Origin: Saprolegnia diclina VS20
Taxonomy: Eukaryota
Reading direction: 5' to 3'
DNA length: 42,186 bases
NCBI RefSeq assembly: GCF_000281045.1
Contig: NW_008246179.1
Span: 1-42,186 of the forward strand
Positions 22,414-34,980 of this stretch are shown here, piece after piece (position 1 is the stretch's first letter; every line of letters starts with the position of its first letter). The position numbers were made by a program, and so were the translations under genes. A model generated the notes under the pieces. It had not been told where the DNA came from. It saw only the letters and a program-made list of their open reading frames with translations, and made no database searches.

Positions 22414-22479
22414 CAGCTAACCGGTTAGCTGAACCGTTTAGCTAGCCGGATCATCTAACCGATTTCGTCAATCGGTTAG
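22414..22479. repeat. Cluster of short palindromes
   Basis: Perfect 18-bp palindrome cagctaaccggttagctg (22414-22431) and the hairpin ctaaccgatt-tcgtc-aatcggttag (22455-22479). Confidence 0.8.
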
Positions 22480-23062
22480 CCAGCCCTGCTCTCACCACAG
22501 CCCACTCTCTCAGGGCTTGGTCGCACAACGTCGAGGCTACTGCAAGCTCATCGCTGCAGACCCAGACTTGTGCATCTAGACACGCACAGCCACGCTCAGC
22601 CACCAGTCTCGGCTGTCCCCGCTTTGCTAATATACACCGAGCCTGGTCAGCTCACTTCCTCTTTTGGTTTCCCGACCACAAGTGCTTTTCTCGTGTGTTC
22701 TCCCATCGCAACTGGAACCATCGGCATCTGAGGTCGAAGCTTGTCAAATGCGCGGGAACCAATCCCGTACGAGTAATTTGTGGAATTTCAGCCAATCAGG
22801 ATGGGTCTCTTCGCATTTCGACATTTGCCACACAAGCACCGAGGTGTCTGTCGCTTGCATCTCTTCCATGCACTGGACGCCCGACGCAGCAAGGCTCATG
22901 AAGCTGCCTTTCGTGCTCTCCATAGTAGAACTACATGCCATGCACGCTGTTATTGGCTCTACGAGGCGGGTTGGGCTGGTAGCACACATCATTTTAGTCA
23001 TTCTTCTTCTTGTCCATCTTCGTTTAGCTTCTAGTACGGCGACAGAGGATGCTGCAAAGCAG

Positions 23063-26000
23063 CTACTCCTTGCCGCCGTCGTCGTCCTTGCCGTTGTCGT
23101 CGTCCGGTGGCGGTCGCCGCGGCCGGGCCTCGCCGACAAAGAGCGCTCCTTTTCCGAGCCGGTCGCACAAGATCGTAATGTGTTTCTTGAGCTTCTTCGT
23201 GTCCTGCTGCAGCGCTATCTCGGGCGCCATCATCTCCTTCGCTGGCGCCTTTGCCGACAGCGCCGTCTTGAGCAGCTCTGTGATCGCGGCCTCGGTCACG
23301 TCTTCCCAACCCAAGTCGGCATCGGCCACGATCGGCGACAAGTGCGCCGCGAGCACGTTAAAGTTAGCGTCGTCCAGGTCGAATTTGTAGCGCATGAGCA
23401 TGAGCAACAAGCTCACGCTGCACGAGAGGCGGTTCGAGGCCGCTGCAAGCTTGTGCTGCGCTTGCTCCATCTAACGTTACCATCGTTCATCATCGAGAGC
23501 CTTGAAACATGGAAATATACCTGCGTTGCCAGATCCAGCAACTGTGCGTACGTCCCATGCATGAGAACGTCGAGCGCACTCAGCGGCGCCGGGTTGCGGT
23601 CCTTGTACCGCACGAGAAGGCGCTTTTGGATCACGCGAAACTCGTGCGCGCGGTCGTTGATGTCGGCCTTGAGCTCGGCCACGGCTTTCCGCAGCTACAA
23701 TCCCTTGTCACACCCACGCATGAAGAAGCGCTGCTACATGAAAGTGCTCGTCGATGGCACCGAAAAAGTCGGCCAATGGCAGCGGATCCGCGTACTGGAT
23801 CTCGAGCAGATCGTCGGTATGGCCGTCGTAGAGCAATTTGAGGCGATCCACGAGCTCGTTCGAGACCATCCAGAGCGCGTCGAGCTCCGTCGACTGGATA
23901 CGGTACCGCCCTAAAACATAGTAGTACTGTAAACGTGGCACGCTAACTAGGAAACACAAACCTGCGTTCTTGGAGACGAGGATCGTCACGTCGACGCCGT
24001 TGTAGTACTGGAAGCTGAGCACGTTGGCCGTCGAGCCAGTGACCTGCTTGGCCCACTCGGGCGTCGCGCCAGGTTGCGTGAGCATATCCTGGAAGAGGTC
24101 CGTGAGCAGGGACGGCGCTTGGTTTGTATCCAGCGTAAACTAGCCAACGATTCGTCGTCTTCCATCACCTATGAACTGTTGATATGGTGTACCTTGAACG
24201 TGCTCGCTTTGACAGGCGGCACGACGCGACACATCATGCACATGGGCAGCTTGACGATGCACATGGACGTCCGCGGCTGGCCGCTCTCGAGCGTATACGC
24301 CGCCGAGATTGTCACCTGCAAAAACGCCGTGTGACATGCCGTAGAAGAGCTAAGTGTCGTAGAAGAGCTAAGTGTATACCTCGAGCGACGACGGCATCGC
24401 GGTGCCGCTCGGTCGCAAAACCACGGGTACGATCAGCGGCGTCGATGTTTTGCCGTCGACCGATGACAAGACGACCGAGGATGCGGACGCGACGATGACG
24501 TTGGTTGGCGCCGTGACGGCAAGCGTCACGTTCTGGATCACGTTGCTGCCAGTGTACGTGACGTACACGCGCATGGTGAGCGTCACAGGCTGCTGGTCGA
24601 TGCCGTACACCACGTCGGCGTCTAAGAAACGACCCGCCTTAGTTCTACACGACGAGAACGACGGAGATGTGCCTTGGATGAAGCTCGACTCGTCTTCTTG
24701 GTGGGGCGCATCAAAGATGGCGGGAACTTGCGCGCGCAGGAGAATTCGCTCCTTTGGTTCGGACCGGCGCTCTGCACACAAGGCGAAATGCACATTTGAG
24801 CAGAGAGAAGGAGACACATACCGCCTTGGGAGCGCCGAATGATGTTGAGCAGTGTTCGATGCTCTTCGTCCATTTCTTCGTAGTTGATCTCTTTTGTGTC
24901 CGAGGCAGCGACGACCGACGTCGTCGGCGGGTCAGTCCCAAGGTAGCTCACACACAATCGCCCGTCCTCGTCCAAGCTCACAATCATGCCAGGGATGCCC
25001 CTAGATAACGGTATTCGTATCATTCTCATGTATATCGCGTACCCGAATTCCCCGACGCCAAGCGCCGTCGAGACGGTCGGGGCCACGGCCGACCAAACGA
25101 GGTTGGCGGCTTTGTAGATCATCCACTGCTTGGCGTGCGTCGCCAAAAGCACGTTGGTCATAGGCGCGTCGTCGTCTACCCGAATAAACGAATATGACGA
25201 GGCGAATGTGGCTTTCGCTACCGTTGGCCGGGTACAGTCGCAGCGCCGACGGGTGGAACCCGAGACGTTTCTGAAAGCAGACGTCGCCCGTCGGCCGGAG
25301 GCAAAAGAGCGTAAACTCGCAGAGCACGACAATGTCAAAGCTCTTGGCCGACGTCGATGGGGCTACGCGGCCGATCTGCAGGTCGAGAACGGGCTCGCCG
25401 ACGTTGACGCGCCACTCGGCGTGGAGAGATTTGCTTCCGGTCGCTGGTTTCTCGTCCTTGGCAGCCTTCTTGGACGTGGCGAGAATCTGATATCGGTAGC
25501 ACTCGACGTGCAAATCCGACGTTGCCGTCAAGATCGAGTCGATGCTTGGCGCGTAGCACACGGGGCCCGGCACGAGGCACGTCGGAAGCTGCTGTAAAAA
25601 CGCAAACCGATCCTACGCACGTCTTGTGTATATGCATGCGTCGTGGACGTAGGACGTACCTGCTCGAAGAATTGGAGACGGCCGTCGAGCGCCTGAACGC
25701 ACAAATGGTCCTTCTCTACAGCATGCAGGATACGATTTGTTGCAGAAAGCTACCAGCTGCGTACCGCGCGCACCACCGAACGGTCCATGCAGCATGTTGA
25801 AAGCCGTAAAGTGCTCGCCGTCCTGCCCGAGGTGGTGCTCGTACTTTTTCGAGAGCTTAAAGTAGCTCGCAGCCATGCCGCTGCCGCCGACGCCTTCGAG
25901 CGTGTACACAGCGAGGAGCTTTGGGTGCAGGACGGCGACCGCTTGCGCCGTCGTGTGCCTACGGTCGTTGAGCTCTCAGAATTAGACACACGTGGTGTAC

Positions 26001-26254
26001 GGAAGGAAGGCGCCGATCGCGACTTGCAGAATCGGGTGCTCGAGCTGCTCTTCAAGAAGAAGATGCTCGATCTTGAACTCCATGCTCGTTGGGTAGTAGA
26101 TCCGCAGGACGCCATGCAGACTGCCGACGACGATCTTGGCCTGCGCTTGGTCGCTTTCGTTGTCGACGTTGCCGATCGCGAGCGCACCATGCGTGTACTC
26201 CTCGGACGTCCCGCTCGTGACGGTCCACCAGTCGCGTGCCTGGAAGAGCGACAT
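23063..26254 (-). CDS. BBS9: BBSome subunit BBS9 / PTHB1 (multi-exon)
   Basis: N-terminus MSLFQARDWW...LAIGNVDN...KIVVGSLHGVLRIYYP...ILQVAIGAF. Internal segments LCVSYLGTDPP, RYRIQS and FRVIQKRLLVRYKDRNPAPL. C-terminus GWEDVTEAAITELLKTAL...DTKKLKKHITILCDRLGKG. Many short GT-AG introns. Confidence 0.95.
24340..24375. repeat. 18-bp tandem duplication inside a BBS9 intron
   Basis: cgtagaagagctaagtgt x2, next to the donor site GAG|GTATAC on the minus strand. Confidence 0.85.
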
Positions 26255-26669
26255 GGCTGAGGCTCGAAATCCGCGACTGTTGGCGACCACGAATCTAACA
26301 CTTTTGGCAAACGACAACCCACGTACTAGTAATTAAATGCAACACCCGCCCACTACCGTACATTTGCAGCAAGCTGAAACTGCCAGGTAATGGTGATCTA
26401 ATCTTTTTTAAATGGGATGTTGTTGAAATGAGTTATAACGTTACGGGATGTTTGCAGCTTGGCGATCGTCAAGATACCAAGTTGCATTGCCAAAGTGCTG
26501 TTGCGGCGTCGTGCTTCGCCCAGCGTACTCCGTTGCGTCGCCTGCGCTTCGACGGCCTTCGAACAAAGCGTATGTTTCAAAATGAATGCAACAACCCATA
26601 GGCCACAAACTCTCCTTGGTATTATCGTTGTGCTGCAATTTACCGACGCATTGGCGTTCTAAAGTCGTG

Positions 26670-27613
26670 CTACAAGGTGTCGAGTGGCTTGCGCAGCTTG
26701 GCGTGAACAAAGACGCGGTCCATGTTGGTGCCCGTCTTGCGGTTGCGCAGGCGCACTGTGTTGTACTCGTTCTCGACAACCTCAAAATAACGGCCAAAGA
26801 GATCAGCGACGGCCTCGACCGAAAAGAAGGACGCAAGCGTGCTGTCGCCGCGAAAGTAGAGTGCATCGGCCTCGTCACTACCAATGCGCTTGGTCGACCG
26901 GCGCATCGCGAGGTCGTAGAGGCCGTAGTCGCGAAAGCACACGAGGCCGCCGGGCTTGAGCGCCTTGTGCAGCTTGGCGACGACCGCGTCCATGGCCCCC
27001 GGAAGGATCGCCGAGAGCACGAAAACCACGAGCGCAACGTCGATGGACGCGTCGGGCACGTCGATCTTGTCGTTGGCAATGTCACACACAAAGGCGTTGC
27101 AGCGCGATGCTTCGTACGCTTCGTGAGCGCGCAAGATCTCGATCGCGTGCTGGCTAAAGTCGCCTACAGTGTTTGCGAGATGCAATCGATACAATACCGC
27201 CACACGTACACACGTCGGCGTGCATGGCAGGGCTCTGGGCGAGGAGTGGGAAGATGGCGCTACCATAGCCGCAGCCGACCTCGAGTACGCGGATCGGCGC
27301 GGTCTGTTCTATATGATGAGCCTTCAGCTGACAAGATCCAGACGACAAACCGTCACAAGCTCCGGAAACTCTTTGCCCAAGTAGTTGCGCGGCTTGTATA
27401 CCTTGCCTACAGACGGAATGGTGGACATGCTGCAACATGCCGGCTCGGCGTCCACGTACCGTTGTTCTTGGCGTGGAAGACATCCCAGTGGTCTTGAGCG
27501 AGCGCGCCGAGGCTAGCGGCGTCGACGCCTTCGAGTGGCGGCGCCTGCTTCCACGTCGCTGCCAGATCGGCCCACTCAAAGTCGTGGCAATGAAAGCTGC
27601 CGGCAGGCTGCAT
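26670..27613 (-). CDS. METTL2/METTL6 (Trm140)-family tRNA N3-methylcytidine methyltransferase
   Basis: Motifs HWDVFH...KPRNYLGKEFPEL, SAM motif VLEVGCGYGSAIFPLL, CDFSQHAIE, FVCDI, VFVLSAI, LKPGGLVCFRDYGLYDLAMRR, YFRGDSTLASFFS and NRKTGTNMDRVFVHAK. Three short introns. Confidence 0.9.
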
Positions 27614-27713
27614 GCACAATCAGTGATTTTGATCTTGCTGTTGACTGTGGCACATGCCACATTCTGCAACAAATTGTGGTGAGTGCCACAATTACCATCC
27701 CAGATCGTTTCCG

Positions 27714-28828
27714 ATGGCCGCCAAGTGTCGGGTGCTGCTGCTGTCGGACGCCGACAAGGCGGTCCGCGACGCCAAGCTCACACGCTTCGTCCGCGACGCC
27801 CACGCTTTGCCCGTGCTCACTTTCATGCGCTGGCGCCAGGGCAAGAGCCCGCGCATGGTCGCCAAGGGCCAAGGCCAGCTCTTTGAGGTGCAAAAGCTCG
27901 CGGACGACCGCAGCCTCTTTGCGCCTGGCAACCTCGTGCTGCAAGGTCGGCTCTTGTGCCACATGTGCCCTAACTTATCGATGTAGATGGCCGCATCTTG
28001 CTCGTGACGCCCATGGATCCTCGCTTTGTGCTCCTCGAAGCGTTTGCGCAGTGGAAGCGCAAGGATCAGTTTTGCACGCTCCACGGTACTAGTATTTTGA
28101 CGGTACGCCAGCTCCATGGACGTCGTGCGTAGATATCGTCGAGGCGTCGGGCGTGGACATGCGAGGTGTTGACCGGTGGCAGCGCGAGGCGATCTCGCTC
28201 GTGTGCGACACGAGCGACGACGAGGATATGGTCACGATCTCGGTGCGCCCGAACGCAACCAAGATCCTCTCCTTCCTGCGCCGCAAGGTAGTCGCATGTA
28301 TCGATGAAAAGAAGCTCATACACACGGCCCGTAGGTGGACCGGATTGCTGCGGCGCACAAAGCCGCTGCGGCCAAGCCCTCCGAGCAAGCTGCGTTCCTG
28401 TCGGACTTTACGCTGCCGCCGTCCGCAGCCCCATTGTCCAACGACGGGACACGTACCAACAAGAGCAGCGAGGACGACGCTGCGGTGCATCTTCAATTTG
28501 CGCTCCTCACGCTGAGCGAATATGTGGATGCATTCTACCTGCACCCGGTCATTGAAAGCTACGGGTTGGACTTTGCTTGCGGCTCAACATACCATATATA
28601 TATGCATCGTGATGTAGGCTGCCGCTGGATTCATGGGACAAAGAGAAGAAAGCGGACGCCAAGCCCAAGGCCGCGGCCGACTTGATTGCCAAATACGACG
28701 TTCGCCAGTCGGCGCCACCGTCGGCGACCAAGCGTCCTGCGCCGGCAGCAACGGCAAAGGCAGCCAAGAAGAAGGTTGTCAACACTGCTGGCATGAAGTC
28801 CATCGCTTCCTTCTTTGGCGCCAAGTGA
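27714..28828 (+). CDS. RNASEH2B: Ribonuclease H2 subunit B
   Basis: Spliced product contains LFEVQK, DGRILLVTPMDPRFVLL, KILSFLRRKVDRI and ALLTLSEYV. It ends in the PIP-box GMKSIASFFGAK*, typical of RNase H2B. Four short introns. Confidence 0.85.
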
Positions 28829-29016
28829 TAGAAGTATTCTTTGCATTAAATAGTACACATCGTAGTGGGTTGGCGCGGTGAAGGAGCCAACTTCCCTGAA
28901 CTGCGCCTGTAAGGCATTGGGTGGCACGTTAAACTATTTAACGTCGACGTAAAACACCTCGCCTGAATCTCAGCTGCGCGGAACCTGAAAGGGAACTCAA
29001 AGTTTGAGGATCGAGT

Positions 29017-29284
29017 TGATTGGACGACCGGCTCCATTCTGTTGATTGGCTGATTTTTAGCGAATCACACGCGCGCTACGGGGCAAGGCCCCCGACCACG
29101 ACGACCTTCCGCGAGTGGTCCGAGACGACAACCTCGACGCATGTCGGCTTGCAGGAAGCTCAATTGCGTGCTATTACACAGGCCTCGGGACGACAAGCTG
29201 GCTGTAAAGCGACAACGAAGCGTCCAGAGCTCTCGTGGGTGGATGGTACGTCCTGGGCCCATAATTGGCTACATTTTAGCCAAT
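29017..29284. promoter_or_regulatory. CCAAT-box cluster upstream of the RBM26/27-like gene
   Basis: tgattgg (29017), tgattggctg (29043), attggct (29264) and agccaat (29278), all within 360 bp of the ATG. Confidence 0.45.
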
Positions 29285-29370
29285 GGGATGCTCGCGAAGC
29301 GGTATCGGCCCGTACATGGTGAGGGGGCCACCGTGGGTTTCTCAATTCTGGAAAAGATCGACTTGAAAGC

Positions 29371-31020
29371 ATGGCGATGGAAGCGGAGGCGAAGGACATG
29401 CTGAGCGACTGGCTCGTGCGCACCCTGGAGCCGCTGTACGTGGCATGCGAGGACGCGGCCATGACCTCATGCTACGACTAGGTGCGACGCCGACCCCGCG
29501 GTGCTCTCCAAGTACGTGCTCGCGCTCGTCCAAAACAACCCGGAAAAGGATGGCCTTCGCGAGACGTGCTTGGCCAAGCTCGACGAGTTCCTTGGTGACG
29601 AGACGGTCGGGTTCGTCGATCGGCTCTTCACCTCGCTCCGGTCCAAGTCGTATCTTCAGAAGCCGACGCCCGCGGCGCCCTTGCCGCCCGCCGACCAAGA
29701 TCGCTCGGCCCGGCCACGCGACGGCGAGGAAGAGCTCGACGACCGCCGCGCCAAGCGCACACGCCGGTCGCGCTCGCGGTCCCGTGATCGCGACGCGCGC
29801 GACCGCAAGCCCCGTGGCGAGTACGGCGGGCGCTACGAGCCGCCGCACGACGGCCACCGCGATATGATGGGACCTCCCGGCGGTCGTGGCGGGCCCATGC
29901 CGCCGCGTGGGCGTCGCTTCGACAACTGGAACAACATGCCGCCGCACATGGCGCCGCAGCAGCCGTGGGGCATGTACCCGCCGCGCCAACAAATGGGCTA
30001 CCCGCCCCATCCGATGGAGTACGACGGCTTCCACGGCGATCAAAATAACCAGTTCAACAACAACGGCCGCCGCAAGGACAACAGTGGCAAGGAGAAGCCT
30101 GACCACGAAGCCGCGACGCTCCGCGTCGACAACGTCGACCCCAAGTACATCAACGTCACGAAGCTCTGCGCCCACTTTGGCAAGTTTGGCAACGTGGTCA
30201 ACGTCCAGATGCGCCCGCAGTTTCGGTGCGCCTTTGTGCAGTTTGCGACGCCCGAAATGGCCAAGCGCGCGTTCCACTCGCCCGTGCCCGTCTGCAACAA
30301 CCGGTTCATCCACGTGCATTTCGCCAAGCACGCGCCCAAGGACCTCGGCGACATCCCGCCCGAGAACGCCGACCCCGAGGCGCGGCGGCAAGAGGTCCTC
30401 GAGCAGGGCAAGAAGGTCCTCGAAGAGAAGCGCCAGCTCTTGGAGCAGGACAAGGCGCTCCAGGCCCAGCGCGAAACGCTCATCCAGAACCAGCTCACGC
30501 AGTACGAGCTCCTCGTGTCGACGCTCGCGGCCAAAAACATGCTGCCGGATTCCGAGCGCGCCAAGATGGACGCCAAGATCGCTGACCTCAAGGCGCAACT
30601 CGCAAACCTGCGGAACCCGCCTCTCCAACGGCTCCAGCAGGAGCTCCAGGCGCTTGAGCAGCAAGAAAAGTCGCTCAGCACCAAGCCGCAGTGGAAGAAG
30701 CGCGTGATCGACAACCGGACGCGCTGGGTACACCTTACGACGCTGCCCGAAGCCGCGCGCGACAAGAGCGTGCTCGAGCAGCACTTTAGCCCGTACGGCG
30801 CGATCGAAGCCGTGGTCGTTGAGGGCGAGACGGCGTTTGTGCAGTTCCAGGAGCGCTTTGCCGGTGAAAAGGTAACGCGATTGCATGCAATGACGACGAG
30901 GCGACTCATGTTCAAATCTGATTGCAGGCCATGAAGTTTGGACAGACGTACTTGAACACACCGCTAACGATGGCGTGGAGCGAGCAAGGCCCGGCGCCGA
31001 CCGAGTCGAGCTCTGCGTAG
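29371..31020 (+). CDS. RBM26/RBM27-like RNA-binding protein (PWI-like domain, RS/Pro-rich region, two RRMs, coiled coil)
   Basis: N-terminus MLSDWLVRTLEPL|CDADPAVLSKYVLALV...LDEFLGDETVGFVDRLF. RRM1 is INVTKLCAHFGKFGNVVNVQ...AFVQFATPEMAKRAFHSPVPVCNNRFIHV. RRM2 follows IDNRTR. Introns at 29436-29481 and about 30872-30927; stop TAG at 31018-31020. Confidence 0.88.
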
Positions 31021-32313
31021 ACACAGCACACTACTTATAGTAATACAGCGAGGAGACCTTTGAATACCATCTTACACCAGGATAACGCCCAACAATACGT
31101 CTCGAGCCGACTGCCGGCAGTGGCATGAAACGTGAGGCTCATACAGTTGGTCGCTTCAGCCCATACGCAGTACCGAGCGCCAAGGCAGCGACGCGTTGCA
31201 GTCGCCGGCTGCGAGCATGTCGAGCGTGCTCGTTGGCGCATGGAACGAGCCAGAGTTCGAGGTGCCGGCTCAATGTGACTCTATCCGGATGCCACCAAGA
31301 TCGTGGGCACGTAAGCTGTCTTCTTCCTGCACCGTGCACCAAGACGGGATTTGGTCAACGCTTCTACGTGAATCAAGACTACGCATACGACCCAATGGCC
31401 ACGGACAACCAAGCGCGTGAGAGGTCGACTCTGCGCTGGAAGAGAGCTACGATGGCTCATCGACTGTCCACGTTGTCTCTACGGGCCGTGGCTTCGCTCT
31501 GTAGAGCGAGTACTACATGATGCATCTTCATTGATGGACCGGCGAGCACCGGCCACTGACGCGTTCAACGTCACATCGCTGGCGCCGCCATCGGTCGTGC
31601 CTCCACGGATCTTTGGCCCGAGTTTTGACCAATCCCGAGCGCCGCTGCCGGACGATTCACTTCAACCCTTTCTGTGCACCGGGGCACGTGAACCGCAACC
31701 TTGGTCGCATCGTCCATCGACTGCGACAAGCAGCGACTAGGTCGGATGCGAGCAAGCCACGCGAGGCCAAGATGAACTCACGAGTGTGCTTGCTGCGTCG
31801 CTGCAGGCTGCTACGGCTAGCGATACTACAGTGCTGTGCAAAGTTGATCGCCATGCAGGCGGCAATGATCACGCCATCGGCACGAGGTGGAGCTCAGGTC
31901 ACGCCACTCGTGTTTGCACCGCAGAAAGCGTACGAGTAGTGTGAGCGTCGTGCCACGGACGAGGTGGCATGCTTGGACGACGAGCGATCGACACTGGATG
32001 CTACTATTGAAGCTACTCCAAGCTCGACTCACACCTCGATTGACTAAAACACTAAATGCGGCTCGACGAGCAGTGGCGCGTTGGCCATGAACCAGATACT
32101 TGCTGTACGAGCTAGAACACCTCGTGTCTGCAGCGTCGGCGGTGCATGCCAGGTGCTTTCCACGACGCACAGCGCCAAGTGGCGTGTTTTTAGCGGTTAG
32201 ACCCCGGGGCACAATTGACTGCCACTTCGCTGGGTGATCTATACATTGGCCAAGTTTAAATTTTTGTGCGGTCTCGGTCCTTGTTTTGTATTTGCCCCAC
32301 AGCGCGCAACATC

Positions 32314-34325
32314 ATGTCGGTGGTCTTTGGCGATCAAGAGAAGGAGTCCGACTACGGCTACGTCTACAAGGTGTCCGGCCCGCGTACGCTGCCTCCATCC
32401 GCCGGCGCCGATGGCTCATCCTCCTGCCTCTGTAGTGGTCATCGCCGAGAACATGCACGGCGCGGCCATGTACGAGCTCGTGCGCGTCGGCCATGACAAG
32501 CTCGTGGGCGAAATCATCAAGCTCGAGGGCACGAACGCGTCGATCCAGGTCTACGAAGATACCTGTACGTACTTGGACGCGCCATATCGCGCTGACCACA
32601 AATGCACTAGCGGGTCTGACGGTCGGCGATCCCGTCGAGCGCCGTCGCCAGCCGCTCTCGGTCGAGCTCGGCCCTGGCATCGTCGACAACATCTTCGATG
32701 GCATCCAGCGCCCTCTCGAGTCGATCGCGAAGCTCAGCCAGGACGTGTATGTCCCGCGCGGTGTCGACGTGCCGTCACTCAACGCCACCAAGCAGTGGCG
32801 CTTCACGCCGCTCAACTTCCGCGAGGGCGACCCGATCTCGGGCGGCGACGTCTTTGGCCACGTGCACGAGAACGACATCTTGCACTCGCACAAGATCATG
32901 TGCCCGCCCAACGTCTTTGGTACGGTCGTCAAGGTCTACGGCGCCGGCACGGACGGCAACGAGTCGTTTACGCTCCAGGACACGGTTCTCGAGGTCCGCG
33001 ACGACACGACGGGCAAGACGCACGAGCTCGGTCTCTCGCACTTTTGGCCCGTGCGCAAGCCGCGCCCGGTCGCCGAGAAGCTCGCCGGCAACGTCGCCCT
33101 CCAAACGGGCCAGCGCATTATCGACGCGCTCTTCCCGTCCGTGCTCGGTGGCACGTGCGCCGTGCCCGGCGCCTTTGGCTGCGGCAAGACGGTCATTTCG
33201 CAGGCGCTCTCGAAGCACTCGAACTCGGACATGATTGTGTACGTCGGTTGCGGCGAGCGCGGCAACGAAATGGCCGAAGTGCTTTGCGACTTCCCGGAGC
33301 TCACGATGACGGTCAACAACCAGGAGGTGCCCATCATGAAGCGCACGACGCTTGTTGCCAACACGTCCAACATGCCCGTCGCGGCCCGTGAAGCCAGTAT
33401 CTACACGGGTATCACGCTCGCCGAGTACTTCCGCGATCAGGGTACGTCCATGGTCCTCGATTCTTCTACCTCACTCACGCGACATTCTCACTTCTTAGGT
33501 ATGAACGTCAGTATGATGGCCGACTCGACGTCGCGCTGGGCCGAAGCGTTGCGCGAAATCTCGGGCCGTCTCGGGGAGATGCCTGCCGATTCGGGGTACC
33601 CGGCGTACCTTGGTGCGCGTTTGGCGGCGTTCTACGAGCGCGCCGGTCGCGTCTCGTGCCTTGGATCGCCCAAGCGCGAGGGCAGTGTGACGGTCGTCGG
33701 TGCCGTGTCGCCGCCGGGTGGTGATTTCTCAGACCCGGTCACGGCCGCGACGCTCTCGATCGTGCAGGTGTTCTGGGGCCTCGACAAGAAGCTCGCGCAG
33801 CGCAAGCACTTTCCGTCGGTCAACTGGCTCATCTCGTACACCAAGTACATGCGCGTGCTCGAGCCCTTCTTCAACAAGCTCGACCCCGACTACTCCAACT
33901 TGCGCACCAAGTGCCAGGAGATTCTCCAGAAGGAAGACAATTTGCAGGAAATCGTGCAGCTCGTCGGCAAGGAGTCGCTCTCGGAGGACCAGAAGGTCGT
34001 CATGGAAGTTGCCAAGATCATTCGCGAAGATTTCTTGCAGCAAAACGCGTTCTCGGACTATGACTTTACGTGCCCGCTCGTCAAGTCGGTCGGCATGCTC
34101 CGGTCGATCATCCTCTTGCACAACCTGTCGCAAAAGGTGATCGCGGACTCGCCGCCGGACGCGCGCGTGACGTGGGCGCAGATCAAGGTCTCGCTCAACC
34201 CTGTCATCCAGAAGATCATCCAGACCAAGTTCCAGCTGCCCAAGCAGCCCGAGGACCAGATGCGCGGCTTCTTCAAGAACCTCGACGACGAAATCGAGGC
34301 GGCTTTCCAGTCGCTCTCGGACTAA
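32314..34325 (+). CDS. ATP6V1A: V-type proton ATPase catalytic subunit A
   Basis: Motifs [28 protein letters not shown]-loop [37 protein letters not shown] and [13 protein letters not shown]. Introns 32384-32435, 32565-32610 and 33442-33498 (the last is in-frame). Confidence 0.98.
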
Positions 34326-34946
34326 GCGATCGACGAGTAACAACGGCGACGGTCAATATATCTCCTCCTTGTGTTTTGCTACAGTGCCGACCTCGTTTGA
34401 TGTGTACTAACTATTATACCATTCGGGCTGCACTGATGAACTGCTAGTGCACTGTTGTCGCTTGTGTTCAGCCTGAGAACGCCTCGACGCACCGTGAGCA
34501 GCTTTGTTGGCTTTGCGTAGTCGAGCGCGCGCGAGAAGTCGATATGTACTAGGACAAAGTACGGCGTCTCATCCTGGCGGACCGGGCCGTGCTGTCGGGT
34601 CGCAAGCGGCGGTTATAGGTGATCATTGAGCAGCTGTGCTGAGTGGTGTGGTCACACAACGGTCTCGTGACCATACCAGCGGCCTGACGTCGCGGTGCTA
34701 CGATCCACACTTCGATGCTGCAACGCGGGGTTCAATAATAGCGTAAAAACGAATTGAGAGCCAAATTTCACGAAAATCGGTTTACGTAGTTTTTGAGATA
34801 GCCAAAGCTCTGTCGTGGATGGGATTCAAGTCGCGCACCACCGTCCGAATGGCATTCGCCATGCCAGGTGTGACTTCCTACTGAGCCAGTACGTCGTCAA
34901 GACGTTTGAAGCCGCGATGGAATCGGGCGGTCTTGGAGTTTGCATA

Positions 34947-34980
34947 GTTGATAGAAGTGCACGTTGATAGAAGTGCACGT
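34947..34980. repeat. 16-bp tandem duplication (gttgatagaagtgcac x2)
   Basis: Seen directly. Confidence 0.9.

Noticed and set aside
22744..23139. 131-aa minus ORF overlapping the BBS9 3' end, and the 416-aa plus ORF 22664-23914
   Set aside because: BBS9 ends at the stop at 23063. The first ORF is an alternative frame running into the 3' UTR with no recognisable motif, and the second is antisense shadow.
29342..31024. 560-aa minus-strand ORF
   Set aside because: Antisense shadow of the RBM26/27-like gene.
33230..33275. VMA1-type intein in V-ATPase A
   Set aside because: The insertion-site motif [13 protein letters not shown] is uninterrupted. The extra peptide at 33442-33498 is a GT-AG intron.
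19985..34980. Short direct repeats (19985, 24340, 34947) as CRISPR-like arrays
   Set aside because: Each is a two-copy tandem duplication with no spacers, in a eukaryotic context.
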